Origin: Eledone cirrhosa
Taxonomy: Eukaryota
Length of the DNA: 64,000 bases
NCBI GenBank assembly: GCA_964016885.1
Contig: OZ024740.1
Coordinates: 237,770,001 to 237,834,000, forward strand
Reading direction: 5' to 3'
The position numbers and the translations under genes are program-made. Positions 36,532 through 48,914 of this stretch are shown here, in pieces; position 1 is the stretch's first letter; each line of letters opens with the position of its first letter. Below the pieces are notes generated by a model, which did no database searches, had not been told where the DNA came from, and worked only from the letters and a program-made list of their open reading frames with translations.

Positions 36532-36616
<85 letters not shown>

Positions 36617-36622
<6 letters not shown>

Positions 36623-36840
36623 AAATTGAGGTTGGTAATAGCACATGGAATATATAAGAGACAGAATACTTTTTTGTGAAAAAACATATAATTTTATAAG
36701 GTAAGGAAATAATAAAGGGTATAAAACATTTTTTATACCCTTTATTATTTCCTTACCTTATAAAATTATATGTTTTTTCACAAAAAAGTATTCTGTCTCT
36801 TATATATTCCATGTGCCATTACCAACCTCAATTTTCTCTA
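36617..36840. repeat. ~220 bp near-perfect palindrome (centre ~36728)
   Basis: gagaaaattgaggttggtaat...gggtataaaa / cat / ttttataccc...attaccaacctcaattttctc. Confidence 0.93.
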
Positions 36841-36870
36841 TAACCTTCGTTTTGTGTAGTAAATTACACT

Positions 36871-36938
<68 letters not shown>

Positions 36939-36997
36939 TGAAACAAAATGAAAACGAAATTTCATTTCTCACTCTTAGTATGGCACTTACTTAAATG

Positions 36998-37585
36998 TAA
37001 GTATGCATGTATACGTACATACATATATGTATACAGACGTACAGTAGCATGCACATATATATATATATATACATATATATATACATATATATATACATAT
37101 GCATACAGGTACACATACATATATGCACGTATCAGTTTAGCGGCACTTATTATAACGTCGCTTTGTTCGTTTGTAAACAAACTGAACAGCCTGAATTTAT
37201 GCCATACGGTGTTAAGGCAATATGCAAATTAGGCTGCTCAGCCGTTAATTTTCATAAGGAAAGTATATACTTTCGAACGTTCAACTATCTGGCAGATGGG
37301 TAAACGGTGCTGATGATAGCTAACAAGCTTGAAACTAGTACATCGTTCCTGTGTCAGTGTTGAACAAAAAGGTGACGTGGTTGCCTTAACACCGTATGGC
37401 ATAAATTCAGGCTATTCAGTTTGTTTACAAACGAACAAAGCGACGTTATAATAAGCGCCGCTAAACTGATACGTGCATATATGTATGTGTACCTGTATGC
37501 ATATGTATATATATATGTATATATATATATATGTGCATGCTACTGTACGTCTGTATACATATATGTATGTACGTATACATGCATA

Positions 37586-37589
<4 letters not shown>
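36998..37589. repeat. Inverted repeat (arms 36998-37220 and 37381-37589) with a 160-bp spacer
   Basis: Arms are reverse complements; ORFs 36962-37180(-) and 37421-37645(+) share an N-terminus. Confidence 0.93.
37303..37347 (+). ncRNA. Minimal type I hammerhead ribozyme in inverted-repeat spacer
   Basis: aacggtg-CTGATGA-t agct aaca agct t-GAA-ACTAGT-A-catcgtt; 7-bp stem I, palindromic stem III. Confidence 0.8.
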
Positions 37590-37639
<50 letters not shown>

Positions 37640-37807
37640 TTTTGAGTTTATGTTGGTTGTATACCAATACCTCAGTATGCAGGCTGGAGCACTCGACTCC
37701 AGTTCCCCAGTGAATTAACAACCCAGCAAGGAACTGGGCATATCAGAGTATTGACAATATCATACACCTAAACAACATATGTACTTGTCTATACCATACT
37801 AATTCAA

Positions 37808-37862
37808 ACTGCCTGAAGAGGTCACAGCCAAAGATGGCTGTCACTGAAATATATATAGCAGT
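37808..37862 (+). ncRNA. Type I hammerhead ribozyme
   Basis: actgc-CTGAAGA-ggtcacagcca aaga tggctgtcact-GAA-ATATATAT-A-gcagt, then AATAAA. Confidence 0.85.
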
Positions 37863-37906
37863 AATAAACGAAGCTAAATTTTAATCATTTGACTTTTATT
37901 TAACTT

Positions 37907-37945
<39 letters not shown>

Positions 37946-38181
37946 TTTCAACAATGTCAGTATTCCGTGTGTCATAATTCTTGATTATCATTGGTTCATA
38001 GGTTTCAAACGACTCCGCCTACCTCAACGACGCCAAACTTAAATTAATATACATAATGCCAATGAGGGAGTGAGAGGGGAGAGTAAGAAACAGAGAGGCA
38101 AAGTGAACGCTGTAACTATTACCATGTGTGCGTGTGTATGTACGTGCGCGTATGTTTATGTGTGTGTGCGTGCAGCGGTAA

Positions 38182-38361
38182 CGGCGTGAAGCCAGGAATG
38201 AAGAAAAACGGGTCGAACAGCGCCATCGGAACGCCGAACTTCAAAGGCGGAGACGTGCCGCCATGAATGAAGAGGAGCTGGCTGAACAACGCCAACGAAA
38301 CACTGGAGCCAAACAGCGACGGCGTGCTGCGATGGTTGAAGACGAACTGGCTGAGCATCAT
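38182..38361 (+). pseudogene. Fragment encoding 23-aa charged helical repeats (STPR-like, typical of Helitron N-termini)
   Basis: Frame gives RREARNEEKRVEQRHRNAELQR/RRRAAMNEEELAEQRQRNTGAKQ/RRRAAMVEDELAEH. Confidence 0.55.
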
Positions 38362-38376
38362 CTTTTATATTAATTA

Positions 38377-38713
38377 TCTATATCTATATATAATATAAAA
38401 GATTGAAACTTCCATCATCCTTTTGAGAAACGTGGAACAACGTTTTACAGTCAGGCAGAAGATGAAGTATCTCCTAGAGGTCACTATTCTAGGTGGGAGC
38501 ACCTAGAATTGTTCATATACTATGCACAAACGGTACAACCAAGAATCTGGTATATCTGGAAGATTTTTTTTTTCTGTTTTTTTTTTGTATCACACAGACA
38601 CCACGGAGTCGCCACATACTGTAACCAGACAAACATCCAATACAGTCATTTTCTCTTTTACCTGTCTTCTCTTATCATCTGTTTACCGGGGCGAAGCTGG
38701 GTACGTCAGCTAG
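38377..38713 (+). mobile_element. Short non-autonomous Helitron
   Basis: 5' tctatatctatatataatataaaag; 3' GC hairpin ccggggcgaagctggg followed by CTAG|T. Confidence 0.65.
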
Positions 38714-38726
38714 TATATCATCATTA

Positions 38727-38832
38727 TCCTGCCGAGGTTGACTTTGCCTTTCATCCTTACGGGGTCGATAAAATAAAGTACCAGTAATGCACTGGTTAAT
38801 TGCTGGCCTTGTGCCTAAAGTAGAAACAATTA
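38727..38832 (+). mobile_element. SINE family A 3' fragment
   Basis: cctgccgaggttgactttgcctttcatccttacggggtcgataaaataaagtacc...gtagaaacaatta. Confidence 0.8.
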
Positions 38833-41572
38833 TCTATAAAAGGCAGATTGTTGTTGCTGTGTGTGTGTGTGCATGTTCCATGTTTATACATTTGCACAAT
38901 TTCAAACCGATTCGACTCAACGTCTGTAAGAATGTTGTAAATGGCCTAACTTAGGTCAACGACTATTTATTTCATTCAAACTCACCCACACTTACGAAAA
39001 TAATCGATAAAACTAAATACATGACGCTTTAACCCTCTAATAGAATCTGATTATCTCTCTCTACTCCCCTTAAAATTCAATAAAACTACATACATGCTTA
39101 CAAACTTCCTTTCGGAACGCCGAAGAGAGAGAGAGGACAGAGAGAGAACGTTTGTTTTTGAGTGTGGAACGGCCAAACATTTATTTACTTCAATGACAAA
39201 GAGAACTTTTACATTTCATACGAAACAACAATTATTCAAAAGCAACAGATAAATTTATTCAACAACAAAAAACATAGCGATAAATCTTTTTTAAAACCTC
39301 TCAACGAACGTGGAAGAAAGAAGTATCAGTTTATTTACTATACACAATAATATACTCTATGAGGTCACTAAACCTGCTAGAAATAGCAGCTAACTCTCCC
39401 CCATATCACACCACTCCATACTGTCTTAAATTTAGAAAACACATATCCTCTATGAGGTCACTAAACCTGCTAGAAACAGCATCTAACTCTCCCCCATATC
39501 ACACCACTCCCTACTGTCTTAAATTTAGAAAACATATCCTCTATGAGGTTACTAAACCTGCTAGAAATAGCAGCTAACTCTCCCCCATATCACACCACTC
39601 CCTACTGTCTTAAATTTAGAAAACACATATCCTCTATGAGGTCACTCTGCTAGAAACAGCAGCTAACTCTCCCCCATACCACACCCCTCCCTACTGTCTT
39701 AAATTTAGAAAACACACATTAGAAAACCATGCAGAACAACTCCATCGCAGCTCTGTTGTTCGGCTGGCATTGTCTACGCGTGTGTTGCGCAAGTACTGTG
39801 AAACAATAAATTTCAACACTTCTTTGCACAGAGATAATATCCATAGGCGAAACTACAATTGTCACTGCTGGCGCAGCTCCTGCTTCGGCAGTCCGGGTCT
39901 GCAATTCATTCACCCAGTGCCTGGCAGACAAAAAAGTGCTGCCATAAAATGGGTGGTGCAACCTAACTTTGGTAACTTACTGACCCCGAGCAACGCCGGG
40001 CTTTAATGCTAGTTATCTATAAAATGCAGATTGTTGTTGTTGTGTGTGTGGGTGCATGTTCCATGTTTATACATTTGCACAATTTCAAACCGATTCGACT
40101 CAACGTCTGTAAGAATGTTGTAAATGGTCTAACTTAGGTCAACGACTATTTATTTCATTCAAACTCATCCACACTTACGGAAATAATCGATAAAACTAAA
40201 TACATGACGCTTTAACCCTCTAATAGAATCTGATTATCTCTCTCTACTCCCCTTAAAATTCAATAAAACTACATACATGCTTACAAACTTCCTTTAGGAA
40301 CGCCGAAGAGAGAGAGAGGACAGAGAGAGAACGTTTTTTTTTAGTGTGGAACGGCCAAACATTTATTTACTTCAATGACAAAGAGAACTTTTACATTTCA
40401 TACGAAACAACAATTATTCAAAAGCAACAGATAAATTTATTCAACAACAAAAAAAATAGCGATAAATCTTTTTTAAAACCTCTCAACGAACGTGGAAGAA
40501 AGAAGTATCAGTTTATTTACTATACACAATAATATACTCTATGAGGTCACTAAACCTGCTAGAAACAGCAGCTAACCCTCCTCCCTATCACACCACTCCC
40601 TACTGTCTTAACTTTAGAAAACATATCCTCTATGAGGTTACTAAACCTGCTAGAAATAGCAGCTAACTCTCCCCCATATCACACCACTCCATACTGTCTT
40701 AAATTTAGAAAACATATCCTCTATGAGGTTACTAAACCTGCTAGAAATAGCAGCTAACTCTCCCCCATATCACACCACTCCCTACTGTCTTAAATTTAGA
40801 AAACATATCCTCTATGAGGTTACTAAACCTGCTAGAAATAGCAGCTAACTCTCCCCCATATCACACCACTCCCTACTGTCTTAAATTTAGAAAACACATA
40901 TCCTCTATGAGGTCACTCTGCTAGAAACAGCAGCTAACTCTCCCCCATACCACACCCCTCCCTACTGTCTTAAATTTAGAAAACACACATTAGAAAACCA
41001 TGCAGAACAACTCCATCGCAGCTCTGTTGTTCGGCTGGCATTGTCTACGCGTGTGTTGCGCAAGTACTGTGAAACAATAAATTTCAACACTTCTTTGCAC
41101 AGAGATAATATCCATAGGCGAAACTACAATCGTCACTGCTGGCGCAGCTCCTGCTTCGGCAGTCCGGGTCTGCAATTCATTCACCCAGTGCCTGGCAGAC
41201 AAAAAAGTGCTGCCATAAAATGGGTGGTGCAACCTAACTTTGGTAACTTACTGACCCCGAGCAACGCCGGGCTTTAATGCTAGTTATCTATAAAATGCAG
41301 ATTGTTGTTGTTGTGTGTGTGTGCATGTTCCATGTTTATACATTTGCACAATTTCAAACCGATTCGACTCAACCTCTGCAAGAATGTTGTAAATGGTCTA
41401 ACTTAGGTCAACGACTATTTATTTCATTCAAACTCACCCACAATTATGGAAATAATCGATAAAACTAAATACATGACGCTTTACTCCTCTAATAGAATCT
41501 GATTACCTCTCTCTACTCCCCTTCAAATTCGATAAAACTACATACATGCTTACAAACTTCCTTTCGGAACGC

Positions 41573-41637
<65 letters not shown>

Positions 41638-42323
41638 TTTGTTTTTGAGTGTGGAACGGTCAAACATTTATTTACTTCAATGACAAAGAGAACTTATTAC
41701 ATTTCATACGAAACAACAATTATTCAAAAGCAACAGATAAATTTATTCAACAACAACAAAAAAAAATAGCAATAAATCTTTTTAAAAACATCTATCAACG
41801 AACGTGGAAGAAAGAAGTATCAGTTCATTTACTATACACAATAATATCCTCTATGAGGTCACTAAACCTGCTAAAAACAGCAGCTAACTCTCCCCCATAT
41901 CACACCACTCCCTACTGTCTTAAATTTAGAAAACACATATCCTCTATGAGGTCACTAAACCTGCTAGAAACAGCAGCTAACTCTCCCCCATATCACACCC
42001 CTCCCTACTGTCTTAAATTTAGAAAACACACATTAGACAACCATGCAGAACAACTCCATCGTAGCTCTGTTCGGCTGGCATTGTCTACGCGCGTGTTGCG
42101 CAAATACTGTGAAACAATAAATGTCAACACTTCTTTGCACTGAGATAATATCCATAGGCGAAACTACAATTGTCACTGCTGGCGCAGCTCCTGCTTCGGC
42201 AGTCCAAGTCTGCAATTCATTCACCCAGTGCCTGGCAGACAAAAAAGTGCTGCCATAAAATGAGTGGTGCAACCTAACTTTGGTAACTTACTGACCCCGA
42301 GCAACGCCGGGCTTTAATGCTAG
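38833..42323 (+). mobile_element. Three head-to-tail non-autonomous Helitron-like units (~38833-40012, 40013-41283, 41284-42323), each with an internal ~91-93 bp minisatellite
   Basis: Each unit begins tctataaaa.gcagattgttgttg and ends ccccgagcaacgccggg-ctttaatg-CTAG; minisatellite copies 4, 5 and 2. Confidence 0.85.
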
Positions 42324-43179
42324 AATATAAATAAAAGTCAAATGGGGTCCGCCCGTGTGTCAATCCACTCGTGTGATAAATGAGTTAAAACGAAGGAAGG
42401 GGGTGTGTGTGAAAATTCTACATTAAAAAATCAAACAGCGTTTCAACGTTTGCACAAAGCTCTATGTGAGTATATGTGTGTGTAAGAGGGAGGAAGGGCG
42501 AGGTGAAAAAACTACGGCAAAAACAGCCAACAAACTTCCAAACTTTTCCACACTCTGCATGAGTGTATGTGTGTTTGTGTGAATGTATATGTGTGTGTTT
42601 GTGTGAGTGTATGCGTGTGTGTTTGCGTGAGTTCATCGGTATTTGTGGGTTTATATTTATACACACAAATATATATAACAACAATATTAATTCAATTGTA
42701 AATACATGTGCATATAACGATTCGAATGTAAATAATATATTCTATATGTTTGTATATATAAGAATATGTAATTATATATATAAACTCATTCTCCCAGCGA
42801 AGAGTTTGTTTATATACATAGGCAAACATGTATACACACGCACATACACACATTTTATGTGTATAGAAATCTATATATTTGCATATATCTGTTTATTTAT
42901 ATGCCAATGAGTGAATGAGAGGGGGAGAAAGAGAGAGAAAGTGTCTGTTTACTTCTCCTCCATCCCCTCCTTTTTCATTACAACTTCACCGTCTCTTTGA
43001 AGCATTTTGATAGAGAGAGAAATGTAAATAGTAGGAAAGAGCGTATAAGTGAGTGTGTGAGTGAGTTAGAAATAGAGAGTGAAAGAAACATACAGAGACT
43101 TAAATAGAGGGAGAGTTACAGAGGGTGAGAGAGAATGTGTGTGCGCGTGTGAGAGAGAAACACAGAATGAGAACGAGAC

Positions 43180-43252
<73 letters not shown>

Positions 43253-43495
43253 AAGTGTGAGAGAGACAACGCTTTGCTATTGTAGCAGTAATCATGGAAG
43301 TGAGGGAGGAGAGGAGAGTAAGTAATGGCAGAAAAAGAGAAAGAGAGCTACTTCTCTCTCTCTCATGAAAAGTTACTTCATAATTTCAAAACAAACGAAC
43401 ACAAATTTATACTTCTAAATGTTTGACGAAGGGTCGTTGCATTTGCTTATGTGTGCATGTATGTATGTGTGTGTATATGTGTGGGATTGTGTGAT

Positions 43496-43552
<57 letters not shown>

Positions 43553-43899
43553 GTGATACTTTGGCGTTCCACAATCGCGATTGATATATATGATGTCCCT
43601 GGTGAAGATATTCATGTAACTTTCATTCATTTTTCATTTAATCCCAATTTCAACAACTGCACGCAGGGCCAGTAAGTGTCAACAGGCAAGGGAAAAACAG
43701 TCAGAACAATTATGTCAACAAAATACAACCCACAGCAGCCAAGAATCAAAAGAGGAAAGAGAAAAATGTTTAAAGGATGTAAGACAAAGACAAGCTGCCA
43801 GAGTTGCCAATGAGACAATAGGTCAGCGAGATATTAGTCAAAGAAAAAAACCAGGAGCAAACAGTTGCTGCAGGACTTCACCAATCCTCAGAGGAGAGA

Positions 43900-46800
43900 C
43901 GTATGTGTTTTGATCAAGATAGGCTAAATACGTTTGACAAAAGTGGACTTGGAAAAGATCAGCTTTCAACTATGATCCGAAACATGATTATTCTACAGAG
44001 AAATTGATTGGTACTGGAGCAATGTCAAAAGAGTGCAATTTTTGTAAAGGAAAGGAATGGGAAAGAGAAACCCTCATTATATGTTGGTGGAGGAGGAACG
44101 GTTGTTCTATCGATGTTTCTTGCACACACACCTCCCCACCCCCCAGATACTTTGAAGACATTGCTTTGGGGAGCATGCTCTTCTTGAAAAACATTAGAAG
44201 TTACAATTCTACTTTCCAAATGAGATCTTTTGGTAGCAATATTATAAGAGAAGGGAACATGAAGCCAGCCTTTAAGGTTTGAGGTCAACTATACCATCAT
44301 ATTGGATCTTTGTTGCCAACTGAAGGTAAAATCCACAGTTTTTGCAGTTATATTTTGTGTCAAATTTCAAGGACCAAGCTTTGCAACGGCCATTGGACCT
44401 TCCAAATCTGAAAGAAGAGTTAATCTTTGATCTGCAAGATATGTTGCATGTAAACAATAGCTACACCAGAAAATTCTAATATGCATTGGAATCTGCGCCA
44501 CTAAAATGTAGTCACTGAAACAGACAAAAAGCCTGTTGGTGAACACAGAGACTGCTACAATGTCCCTGCTGCAAATGAAGTAGCAGCAATTATTACTGGC
44601 GATGAGTATGGGAGGAGGGATATTTTTATTCAAGGAAGAGGAAATAAGATGTTGCAGATAAATACAGCCCACCAATCATATGATGCACTCTAGTATCCAT
44701 TAATCTGTGTATTTGGCCAAGATGGATATCAGTTTGGTATTGTGGCAGTTGCCTCCCTTGTTGTGACTCACAACCCCAATAGATTAACAACATCTAGACG
44801 GGAAGTGGAACCCTTTCTGTAACTTCCGGTCAGAACCCTATAAAACTAACAACTTTAAGTTCTCACTCTCTCATTTGCCCTTCCGGCGCCTGGCCTTCGC
44901 CAGGCGTCTTCTGCCAGCCTGCGTTTGCATGGCAATCAAAACGGTAACTACTAACTTTGCTTCATTGTTTCATCTATTTCTTTGACATGTCAACTATACT
45001 GTTAAATTGTTGATTAAATATTATACACACAAACCATGTCTCCTTGTTACATTCATACAACCCAGTATCTTCGCTATAGTATCAAACAAACAGATCTTTA
45101 AACACCTGCTCCTGCACTGACAAAAACAGTAAGCTACGTGGAATTCTATGCTTACCCTTTCATATTAATAGAGCAAGACTTTAATATTCTTCATCATTCA
45201 CGTGAGCTCTTCCAGCAATTTGCAGTTGATATGTATGCATAAATTGAAGGAGAAAGGCTCTTTATATTAGAACACATCAGAAAGATCTCTGTGCATCAGA
45301 TTGCATTCACCTGAAAGATGCAATCAGTAATGAAGGTGCATTGCTGTTGATATCATTGGACAGTTTTGTGTCAGTCTTCCATCAAGCTTTACAGGAAATC
45401 CACGGTATATGCATGAGTGTACCTAACATGCACATGCATATGTCAGACACTATGGTCGTCCAAACCTCTTCATTACATTCACATGTAACCCAACATGGCA
45501 TGAAATAAAGAGTGAGCTTTATCATCATCAAGAACACAAAGATCGCCATGATATTATAGCTAGGGTGTTCAGACTGAAAGTCATAAAGCTAATGGTTCTT
45601 CTAAAAAAAGGTGAATTTTTTGGACCAGTCAAATGTGACACATATCCAACTGAATGGCAAAAACGAGGATTGCCACATTCCCACATTTTGATTTGGTTAC
45701 ATGAAAAACTTCGGCCAAATGATGTTGATTTATTTATCTCAGCTGAACTGTCTGATCCACAGCAAGATCCTTTGTTGCATGACATTGTCAAGTCACAGAT
45801 GATTCATGGGCCCTGTGGTTAAATTAATCCATCCTCCCCATGTATGAGGGATAAAAAGTGTACCAAAAAACTACCCCCGCCCCCCTATACAATAAACCAA
45901 AACTGAATAAGATGGCTATTTCATTTACAGGAGAAGAAAACCTGAGCAGGGTGGATTCACTTCGAAAAAAAAAAAAATGGGCAAGAATTTATCATTGACA
46001 ATTGGTGGATTGTACCCTACTGTTATCTTCTTACAAAAACTTTCAAAGCCCATATCAATGTTGAATTCTGCAACTCTGTTAAGTCTATTAAGTATGTTTG
46101 CAAATATATAAACAAAGGTTTAGATGCTGCAGCATACAATCTTTTGCAGAATGGCAGTCAGCAGATAAATAAAAATGACAAAGTTATACAGTATGAGAGC
46201 AGGTTACACCAGTAGCAATGAGGCTTTTTGGCGAATTTTCCCATTCATGAAAGGCGCCCAGCCATCATTCAACTGATCATTTTGCATGAAGTACGTTGTT
46301 CCAAATCATTCCAAGATTTGAGGAGAGTCAATGCGTGAAACATATAGGGTAGCATGCTATCAAAAGGTTTGTTAGAAAATGATTATCATTGGGACCTTGC
46401 ATTAACTGAAGCATCAGTGTCATATTTTCCAAGGAAATTCCGTAACCTTTTTGCCATTACACTGAACATGTGTCAACTTGGCAGTCCTCGACAACTTTGG
46501 ATGAAACATCAAGAGGATATGGCTGGGGACTTAAAGTATGCAGCTCAATATGCAAACCCAAGCACAAGCATTGACATTCAGTTCTGTGAAGAAATTTTCA
46601 ATCAAACATTGAATGAAATTGAGGATCAATTTTGGTCATGGGAGGCAGGAATTTGCAAGAGTCTGGTTCTGAACTGTCAAAATCAAAGTGATTTAACTTC
46701 AAGAGAGACAAAGTTAGTGGCATTTGTGAATGAACATGAGCCTAAACATCTTCCAGAACAACTCTGGGCATATTATGAAATCATTTCGTCAGTCAAGAGG

Positions 46801-47690
46801 AATTTCCTTTCTTGTTGCTCCAGGTAGCAGAAGTAAAGTATTTATAACAACATTGCTTCCCTCCAAGGTAAGGTGGTAAAAAAGAATTGCAATTGCTGTC
46901 GCATTGTCTGGTATTGCTGCGACCCTTCTCCCAGGAGGACAAAGAGCCTATTCTGCTTTTAAATTACTGCTAAATTTGGTCACAAATGACAGTTCAATTT
47001 GTAATATAAGCAAAGGCTCAGATTTAGCAGAAATGTTGTGCCATGTCATCTGATCCTTTGAGATGAATGTACCATGTGACATAGAGGAGCAATGGCAGCT
47101 CTTGATAAGACCTTACAGGACATAAGAGACAACAATACATCTATGGGAGGAGTTACATAAGTTTTATCAGGAGACTTCAGACAGAAATTATCAGTCATTC
47201 GGGAACAAGAGCTGATGAAATAAAGTACGGAATTTCTCCTTCAATACTAACATGCAAGCTTTATTACACTGGGACCAATGTACAGAACATTTCTCAACTT
47301 GACACCTTCAAATAGGAAATGGGGCAGTACCGATTCATGGGTATGGTTATATCAACTAGGCTCATATTGCTATCATGGCAGATTCGCCAGCTGAATTGAA
47401 GAACAGGATATTTCCAGACTTGAGTAATCATTATAATTTACACAAATGGTTGTGTGAAAGGGCAATTCTTGCTAAAAAAGATGAAACAGTAGCAAGGATT
47501 AACTATGAGCTAATGAATAAGATTCCAACAGTAATTAAGGAGAACAAATCAGAATTGATTTCCTCATGTACCTCAATTGAAGAATAAATGGAATTTAGAA
47601 TAACAAATTTCTATCAACATGTTTTCTTTTCTTCTGCTAATATATAAGGAACACTTTCATTCCTGAGCAATGCCAAGTGCATCTTTTAGA
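43900..47690 (+). mobile_element. Decayed autonomous Helitron Rep/helicase
   Basis: YGRPNLFITFTCNP (~45451), EWQKRGLPHSHILIW (HUH motif, ORF 45565), MIHGPCG, HINVEFCNSVKSIKYVCKYINKG (~46051), PIF1-like SGIAATLLPGG (~46908), GDFRQ (~47169); putative 3' end cctgagcaatgccaag...ttag at ~47662-47689. Confidence 0.9.
44741..45078 (+). mobile_element. Solo LTR (Gypsy-like 4-bp TSD) nested in the Helitron
   Basis: TGTGGC...GCTATA termini, GTAT duplicated at 44737-44740 and 45079-45082, internal TATAAAA and ATTAAA; removal restores Helitron frame GQDGYQFGIKQTD. Confidence 0.75.
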
Positions 47691-48120
47691 AGGCCTATGG
47701 CCTTTATCGATTTGTCTGTGTGCCTGTCTGTCGTACATGGTGCAAAAAGCTTTGTTGTGGTAACCTGTCTTGCTAGAAATGACAGTGAAATAAAACCTTG
47801 CCCATATCTTATTACTTGATAAGAAAACACTTTACATACGTATATGCCTACATATGTTCATATGTATATATGCATGCATACATTTGTGCATATATATAAG
47901 TAGAAATCATACTAAATATGGAACATATCAACATGATGAAGTCATTCCGACTCATCTGCTTTCTGACCATAAACACCAGTCCAATCCATGCAAGCGTGGA
48001 AAGCAAACAAAAGACAATGATGATGATGACATATATATATATGTATATATATATAATAGTAGAACACTGGTGGGTTATATCCGTAGTAGTAGAGCACTCA
48101 GTCCATGGGACCAGTTTGGT

Positions 48121-48275
48121 AGAAGTAGTTCCACAACAGTTAGTTCACCATTACCGAGAACAGAACAATTGTTTCACCCTATTTGGATCATCCGCTCGCT
48201 TTAAACCGAATAATGGTCCGAATAAGGTGAAACAATTGTTCTCAGTAATGGTGAACTAACTGCTGTGGAACTCCT
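48121..48275. repeat. Inverted repeat (~65-70 bp arms) overlapping a degenerate hammerhead motif
   Basis: agttccacaacagttagttcaccattac...aacaattgtttcacc / ggtgaaacaattgtt...gtaatggtgaactaactgctgtggaact. Confidence 0.85.
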
Positions 48276-48914
48276 TATATATATATATATATATATATAT
48301 ACAAGTGGAAGCTTAGTAAAATCGAAGCTTTGGCTGTGGCCAAGCTAACGACCTAGGAATGAGCAGCAAAGCACTCAATAAGGTAGGCGCTTAGAGTAAT
48401 AACATACGTTTAGATAGCTTAACAAATTGAAAATTGCGGCAGGCAGACCTAGCCACACAATACCAAAAACAACGAAAAAACTAATCAAGTTAGACAACTG
48501 ACCTGGACATATTGAACGATATTTGGCAATACGTCCGATAGGTTTCTATGAAATCCGAAATCATCCATCCAGCTTACGTAATGATCGAACAGAGGATTCA
48601 CATCATCAACAGGAAATTTTGTTCTATGCCTCAAGCCGGTGTGAAATGTAACACTGAACTCCCATCGTTGGCAGCCCTCAGTGTTTTACTATCACGTGTT
48701 ATTTCCAACAAGGGAAGTAACCCCCGGTTTTTGGCGGGTAAATTCAAAGTGTGAACAAAGGAAATCAAGTCCGTTCCACATTCCGAATGAAAAGCTCTCG
48801 ACTAGACGTTATTAAACAAACATAAATAATTAACCAATCAATGGAATTGTCTAATTAAATTAATTAGTTAATCATTAAGCCTAGGAGATAATAATACAAG
48901 TGGAAGCTTATATA

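Noticed and set aside
36530-36646. N-terminal 39 aa of the 1028-aa ORF
   Set aside because: Derived from (TA)n/(GA)n and the palindrome arm, not from the LINE
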